This document shows positions 59,159 to 64,000 of a stretch of 64,000 nucleotides of DNA, in pieces. How positions within the stretch are numbered: the first letter of the stretch is position 1; the number at the start of each line of letters is the position of its first letter. This stretch comes from Candidatus Levyibacteriota bacterium (GTDB lineage Bacteria; Patescibacteriota; Microgenomatia; Levybacterales; UBA12049), in contig PLZJ01000002.1 in assembly GCA_003152105.1 (NCBI GenBank), positions 405,682-469,681 on the forward strand, written 5' to 3'. Below the pieces are notes generated by a model. That model worked only from the letters and a program-made list of their open reading frames with translations, was not told where the DNA came from and searched no databases. The position numbers and the translations under genes were made by a program.

Positions 59159-59578
59159 TTACTTTCTGACTTCTTCTAGTACACGAAGTAGAAAATCTGA
59201 AACAAGTATGTTTTTTAATTCGTAAGGAGATACCCACATATAGTCGCTATGATCTTTGCTTAGTTGAATAACTTGGGCTTCATTTTCTAACTTAGCATAG
59301 TATGCAATTCGGATTGCTTGAACAATCGTGTCATTTGTTTCCTCAATGTATGAAGCAATTGATAGTACTTGATAAATTGTGGCAAAAAGATTAGTTTCCT
59401 CACTGATTTCTCTTTGTACTTCTTCTTTGGGATCTTGTCCAAATTCTAATGTACCTCCAGGAAGTTCCCAGACATTTGGAAATGTATCATGCGCTGCTCG
59501 TTTTATTATTAAAATTTCCCCGTTTTTGTTATAGATGAGTCCATAAACGGCGATATATTGTCTTTGTCTTTTTGCCAT
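59159..59578 (-). CDS. NUDIX hydrolase
   Basis: WELPGG..EFG.......REISEET. Confidence 0.9.
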   Translation of the reverse strand: MAKRQRQYIAVYGLIYNKNGEILIIKRAAHDTFPNVWELPGGTLEFGQDPKEEVQREISEETNLFATIYQVLSIASYIEETNDTIVQAIRIAYYAKLENEAQVIQLSKDHSDYMWVSPYELKNILVSDFLLRVLEEVRK

Positions 59579-59638
59579 TGATGTGATTATAGCATGAGAT
59601 ACTTTCTAATTTTATGCAAAGTTTGTATACTATTTTGA

Positions 59639-60586
59639 ATGGCTAAAAAAAAGTCTCATAAAAAAAAGATTTCTTCGAGCAAATTAAAAATAATTGAAAG
59701 CAAGAAATCATCCACAAGACATTTTTCCATTTTTCTCTTTATTGTTACTGCATTAGTGCTTATTTTGGCTGTTTTTTTGTATGCATATGAGAATTTTCAT
59801 ACGCCAAAAACCGTGTTAGATTCTCCAAAGCATTTAGTTAAAAAATTACCGGCAGATGTTAAGAAACAAATTTTAACTGCTTCTCCGTCAGCCACTTTTC
59901 GAGTGCCAATTCTTCTTTATCATTATGTTGAATATGTACAAGACAAGAAAGATACGATTCGAGAGTCATTAAATATTGATCCCTATACGTTTGAACAACA
60001 AGTTATTACCTTAAAAAACGCTGGCTATACATTTATGACTGCCAAAGAGCTTGGAGACGTATTAGATGGAAAAATGCAACTGCCTAAAAATCCAATACTG
60101 CTAACATTTGACGATGGCCATTGGGATTTTTATACAGATGTGCTCCCAATTCTTAAAAAATACAATATTAAAGCGACTGCATATATAATATCGGGTTTTA
60201 TTGGAGGGTCTGATTTTATGTCAATGTCGCAGTTGCAAGGCGTTGAAGATAGTAATTTAGTTGATGTAGGAGCGCATACTGTACATCACTATTCGTTACG
60301 ACATTTATCGCTTACAACGGTTGAGAATGAAGTGGATATGAGTAAAGAGTGGTTAGAAAAAATGTATCATAAGCCTGTTGTATCTTTTGCTTACCCAAAC
60401 GGATCGTTTGATGATCAAGCTGTACAAGTTGTTAAAAATGCTGGATTTAAAACTGCAGTTTCAACAGTGCCAGGCATTTTGCAAAATCAAACGAACCGTT
60501 ATTTTCTCTATAGACTAAGACCTGGTCATCGTATAGGGGTTCAGCTGCTTACTTGGTTATCAGAAGATTCGTTTAGGCCGTTTTGA
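59639..60586 (+). CDS. Polysaccharide deacetylase (CE4), membrane-anchored
   Basis: PILLYH, LTFDDG, HT.HH, FAYPNG. Confidence 0.9.
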   Translation: MAKKKSHKKKISSSKLKIIESKKSSTRHFSIFLFIVTALVLILAVFLYAYENFHTPKTVLDSPKHLVKKLPADVKKQILTASPSATFRVPILLYHYVEYVQDKKDTIRESLNIDPYTFEQQVITLKNAGYTFMTAKELGDVLDGKMQLPKNPILLTFDDGHWDFYTDVLPILKKYNIKATAYIISGFIGGSDFMSMSQLQGVEDSNLVDVGAHTVHHYSLRHLSLTTVENEVDMSKEWLEKMYHKPVVSFAYPNGSFDDQAVQVVKNAGFKTAVSTVPGILQNQTNRYFLYRLRPGHRIGVQLLTWLSEDSFRPF

Positions 60587-60615
60587 GTAAAGGAATGGAT
60601 AATTGTTTTTCAATC

Positions 60616-61776
60616 TTATCGAAGTAGTCTATAAATTGTCTCTTCAATTCTTTCTCTTTTAAGAGCAATAAAACACGCAAGAAGAGTAGTAATTGGTACA
60701 GCAAGCATTAACCCGCTACTGCCAACAATAGTTCTTGCAACCTCTTCAATTGTCGTTTCATTATTTAAAAGTATCCAAAATGGTAAATGCGCAGGGTTAA
60801 GAGAGAAAAATATGAATATTGCAAGTGAAGTTCCTGCGTATGCAAGTACGAGTGTATTTATTATTGATGCGATATGTTCTTTTCCAATTGCCATACCTTT
60901 TTGAAACAAGGTTCCCAGTGATTGTTTTGGATTTTCTGAAACGAGTGTAAACATAGTAATTGATTGTGTAGTTGTAACATCATTTAAGGCACCAAGAGTA
61001 CCAATAAGAATTCCTCCAAGTAGTAGCCCTTGAGGATTAATGGTATTGTTTGTTCCAACAACAAGTGCCTGTATATCTTCATTGCCAAGCCCAAATAAGT
61101 GAAGCAATGTGACAACCCATACAGAGAGTAACACGGTACATACTAATGCAATTCCTGTGCCTATCAGTGCTACCGTTGTTTTGACTGAAACTCCATGTGC
61201 AATATAGGTGGTGAAGAAGAGTATTCCGCATGCCCCAATGCAAGATACAGTTAGTGGATCAGCGCCTTTTATGATACTTGGGACTATGTAAAATGAAATA
61301 ATACCGATACTAATTAGAAGTCCTACTAAGGCGCCAAGACCTTTTCTTCCTGCAATAAGCATAACAAGAACAATAAACGCTCCAAGTATCCACCATAACA
61401 GTGGTAAACGATACGGTTCATAGATGCTATAGAGCATAGACTTATCTGGATTTTGCCTACTATCAATAATTACGCTGTCGCCGATCTGTAATTTTTGGCT
61501 ATCGACATAGCGAGAGTCTATAGAATAATCAAGGCTCACAAACTTACCTTTTTGCTTTCCTTCAAGCAGTTCTGCTTGTAGGCGCTGCGTGTATGATTTT
61601 GTGCTTCCAATAGATTGTGTCCCTTGAGCCACTATCTTTGTTACGGTTGCTCTAACAAAAGTTTCTGCTGGATCTAATGAATCTGGTGGAGCTGCAAACG
61701 TGCTTTTCGAAAATAGTATAAAAAGGAAAACTGAAAAGCAAAAGAAAATAACGGTCTGCTTTGTGAAATAGTTCAT
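60616..61776 (-). CDS. YibE/F family membrane protein
   Basis: IG.LGALND, NTLVLAYAG, AVPITT. Confidence 0.9.
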   Translation of the reverse strand: MNYFTKQTVIFFCFSVFLFILFSKSTFAAPPDSLDPAETFVRATVTKIVAQGTQSIGSTKSYTQRLQAELLEGKQKGKFVSLDYSIDSRYVDSQKLQIGDSVIIDSRQNPDKSMLYSIYEPYRLPLLWWILGAFIVLVMLIAGRKGLGALVGLLISIGIISFYIVPSIIKGADPLTVSCIGACGILFFTTYIAHGVSVKTTVALIGTGIALVCTVLLSVWVVTLLHLFGLGNEDIQALVVGTNNTINPQGLLLGGILIGTLGALNDVTTTQSITMFTLVSENPKQSLGTLFQKGMAIGKEHIASIINTLVLAYAGTSLAIFIFFSLNPAHLPFWILLNNETTIEEVARTIVGSSGLMLAVPITTLLACFIALKRERIEETIYRLLR

Positions 61777-61788
61777 CTTACTATTATA

Positions 61789-62808
61789 TCACTCCTTTTC
61801 CGTTTGTTGGTTAACTGAGAGAAGATGTGTTTTTGGGTCTCCTTGGTTAGTAAAAAAAGTTGTTAGCAAAGGTGTTGGAGCAATTGTTATTTGTTTATCT
61901 GAAAGTAACTGTGAGACGGTTACAAATATGAAACCTCTTTGTTTGAGATTTTCTATAATTGCAGGAAGTGCATCTGCAGTATGAGGCGTATTCGACTCTC
62001 CTCCTAAATGAAGTGCGATAATAGAGCCATTAGTTGTTTGAGAAAGTACATTTGAAACAATTGAGCTTGTATCTGGATTAAAGCCATCGTTTCCAACAGT
62101 ATCCCAATGAACAACTGTTAAGTGTTCTTTTTGAACAACCGCAAGCGATGCGTTATCATAGCATCCACCGGGAAAGCGAAAATAAGAATTCGAAGTATTG
62201 CCTACATTCTTTAGTAGTTCCTGTGTTTTATTAATCTCGTCAGGTAATTGATTGCTAGTTTCAACACTTAAACCAAAGCAAGATCCTGCAAAAGACGGAT
62301 GTGAATATGAATGATTGGCAAGCTCAAATAGTTTATTTTTTCCAAATGCTTTTGTTTCCGTTGGATACATTTGAATCCACATCCCTGTTAAAAAGAATGT
62401 TGCAGATGTATTAGTTTTTTCAAGTTCAGTTATAACTCGACTATCGTAGTATGATGTAACATATCCTAGGTCTTTTTGTTCTTTCATCCATGGCGTCATA
62501 TCTGCATCAAATGTTAATGCCACTTCCTTTTTAAGTCTTGTCCCATGCGTTACTATACTTTGTGAAAATGAGATTTTCTTTTGTAATAAAAGAAGTGGAC
62601 TATGGGTAAATTGTGAATAAAATTGATGAACAAGCAGATTCTTTGATATTGTATTGTTTCCAAATGATAAATTGTTAGTATGTACTTGGTGATGCAGGTT
62701 ATGTGTTTTGGTTGTGATTGAGAACAGAACTAGGACACCATAAATCAGTAAAAACGTCATGCGAAAGAAGGAAGAATGAAAGAAAGAATTATCAAATTTC
62801 ATCGTCAC
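61789..62808 (-). CDS. Polysaccharide deacetylase (CE4)
   Basis: ALTFDA, NHSYSH, FRFPGG, GSII.LH; start codon uncertain. Confidence 0.88.
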   Translation of the reverse strand: MTMKFDNSFFHSSFFRMTFLLIYGVLVLFSITTKTHNLHHQVHTNNLSFGNNTISKNLLVHQFYSQFTHSPLLLLQKKISFSQSIVTHGTRLKKEVALTFDADMTPWMKEQKDLGYVTSYYDSRVITELEKTNTSATFFLTGMWIQMYPTETKAFGKNKLFELANHSYSHPSFAGSCFGLSVETSNQLPDEINKTQELLKNVGNTSNSYFRFPGGCYDNASLAVVQKEHLTVVHWDTVGNDGFNPDTSSIVSNVLSQTTNGSIIALHLGGESNTPHTADALPAIIENLKQRGFIFVTVSQLLSDKQITIAPTPLLTTFFTNQGDPKTHLLSVNQQTEKE

Positions 62809-62844
62809 ATTGTAAGAGTATGATCTGCTTGATGCAAGTAGTAG

Positions 62845-63432
62845 TTAAACGAGTTCGCGCAGTCCCTCACGGAATGCAACTCCCGATAGGAGTAGTGCCA
62901 TAGCTTGATCAGCCCACCAGAAACCAAAAAACACATTAAGTAAAAGTCCAATCAGCACTGTTGAAGATAAGCCTGCGTCAATTAAGGAAAATTTGCCATC
63001 TGCAGTAACTGCATTATTTTGCAATAACTTACCCACTCTTTTTTTGAATAACCCAAGTACTATCATGCCGATGGTTGCTATGATAAGAAGTAAGATGCCA
63101 AATAATGATCGGTTTGCGTGAGTGTGGGCGAGTAAGCCTTGTGTCGCTTGAATAAATATATATAATGAAACGAGAAGATATGCAGCACCAATTAACTTCA
63201 GTGCTCTTTTTTCTCTTTTCATATTACCTCCACTGAGTTGCCAAACCACCACTAGCGAAACGAACACTTCAATACTTGATTCAAGGCCATAAGAATATAG
63301 CGCAATCGAGTGAGAAAATACTCCCGTAGCAATTGTAAGAATGCCTTCGACACTATTCCAAAAAATGGTAATGTATTCCAGTAGCAATGCTTTTGCGAAT
63401 AGTTCTTTGTATTTGTTACTATCAATGTCCAT
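62845..63432 (-). CDS. CDF-like cation transporter (TM domain only)
   Basis: WN..EG, SIAL, WWAD; six TM helices. Confidence 0.75.
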   Translation of the reverse strand: MDIDSNKYKELFAKALLLEYITIFWNSVEGILTIATGVFSHSIALYSYGLESSIEVFVSLVVVWQLSGGNMKREKRALKLIGAAYLLVSLYIFIQATQGLLAHTHANRSLFGILLLIIATIGMIVLGLFKKRVGKLLQNNAVTADGKFSLIDAGLSSTVLIGLLLNVFFGFWWADQAMALLLSGVAFREGLRELV

Positions 63433-63537
63433 ATGTTCATCTTAGAGTATTTGCTCGTAAATTGAAAGAAAAAGGAACAATTATTGACATAAAAGTAGTA
63501 GTCGAGGTATAAGTTAAGTATGGCATAATGTTTATCT

Positions 63538-64000
63538 ATGACAGAAGTAACTAATACACCGATAATAAATGGAGAGAAGCAATCAGGATTACATGGTATA
63601 TGGGATTTTTTTTCAGGACAAAGTACATTCACAAAAAGCTCCATAGTAATACTTCTCTTAGTTGCAATTGCACTGCCTACGTTTGTTGATCAACTATTTT
63701 CTCATGCAAGTTCATCTGCTACCGTATTTATTGAAGCAGAGGCAGGTAATCTTTCTGGTAATGTTATTCGTTCTACAGATACAAATGCTTCAGGTGGTCA
63801 GTTTATTACTTTTTCAAAACCACTTTCACCATCTGAACAGGCAGCTCCTATTAAAAATACGACAAATACAATTCCAACACAAACACTCTCCTGTATTATT
63901 CCACAGCAATATGGTAGTTCTCGGCAATCAATTGTTATTCCATTAACTGGTACTTATACCATTTGGAGTCGAAGCATGATGGGTAGTTCTAATACAAAGT
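63538..64000 (+). CDS. Partial membrane-anchored CBM-like protein, paralog of the 1642-aa enzyme N-terminus (not in ORF track)
   Basis: Open frame to the window end: ...WDFFSGQSTFTKSSIVILLLVAIALP...IEAEAGNLSG...DTNASGGQF...GTYTIWSR. Confidence 0.85.
   Translation, partial: MTEVTNTPIINGEKQSGLHGIWDFFSGQSTFTKSSIVILLLVAIALPTFVDQLFSHASSSATVFIEAEAGNLSGNVIRSTDTNASGGQFITFSKPLSPSEQAAPIKNTTNTIPTQTLSCIIPQQYGSSRQSIVIPLTGTYTIWSRSMMGSSNTK

Noticed and set aside
63252-63946. ORFs 63252-63644 (-) and 63662-63946 (+)
   Set aside because: Shadows of the cation transporter and of the real partial gene starting at 63538
36217-64000. Integrated element at tRNA-Gln
   Set aside because: No integrase and no duplicated tRNA 3' end seen; housekeeping genes (hflX, metK) are interspersed
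1-64000. CRISPR array, rRNA or TGA recoding
   Set aside because: No spaced repeats or rRNA signatures; core genes end at TGA and RF2 is intact

Overview
AT-rich bacterial chromosome segment using the standard code (TGA is a stop and RF2 is present). Gene content and style point to a CPR/Patescibacteria genome, probably Microgenomates (inference): short TsaB, RRM protein, archaeal-type AspRS, and many N-anchored Pro/Thr-rich surface proteins. 1-36.3 kb is mostly core: maf, prfB, ftsEX with a coiled-coil hydrolase, tsaE/C/B, a nucleotide-sugar and lipid-linked glycosylation cluster, MFS, secDF, cca, recJ, aspS, gltX, dgkA and tRNA-Gln. 36.3-64 kb is an accessory mosaic rich in surface carbohydrate-active proteins. 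These include a 1642-aa membrane-anchored enzyme whose SGNH, GH5 and GH18 domains appear inserted between two halves of a CBM-like domain, a paralog of that chassis at the window end, a GH-A enzyme with a dockerin-like motif, and two CE4 deacetylases. Items missed by the ORF track are two small Zn-ribbon genes, two partial edge genes, a SAM-I/IV-like riboswitch before metK, a structured leader before an RRM/DEAD-box pair, and many promoters placed for leaderless mRNAs. No integrase, transposase, CRISPR array or rRNA was seen. All family calls come from motif recognition, with no database searches.
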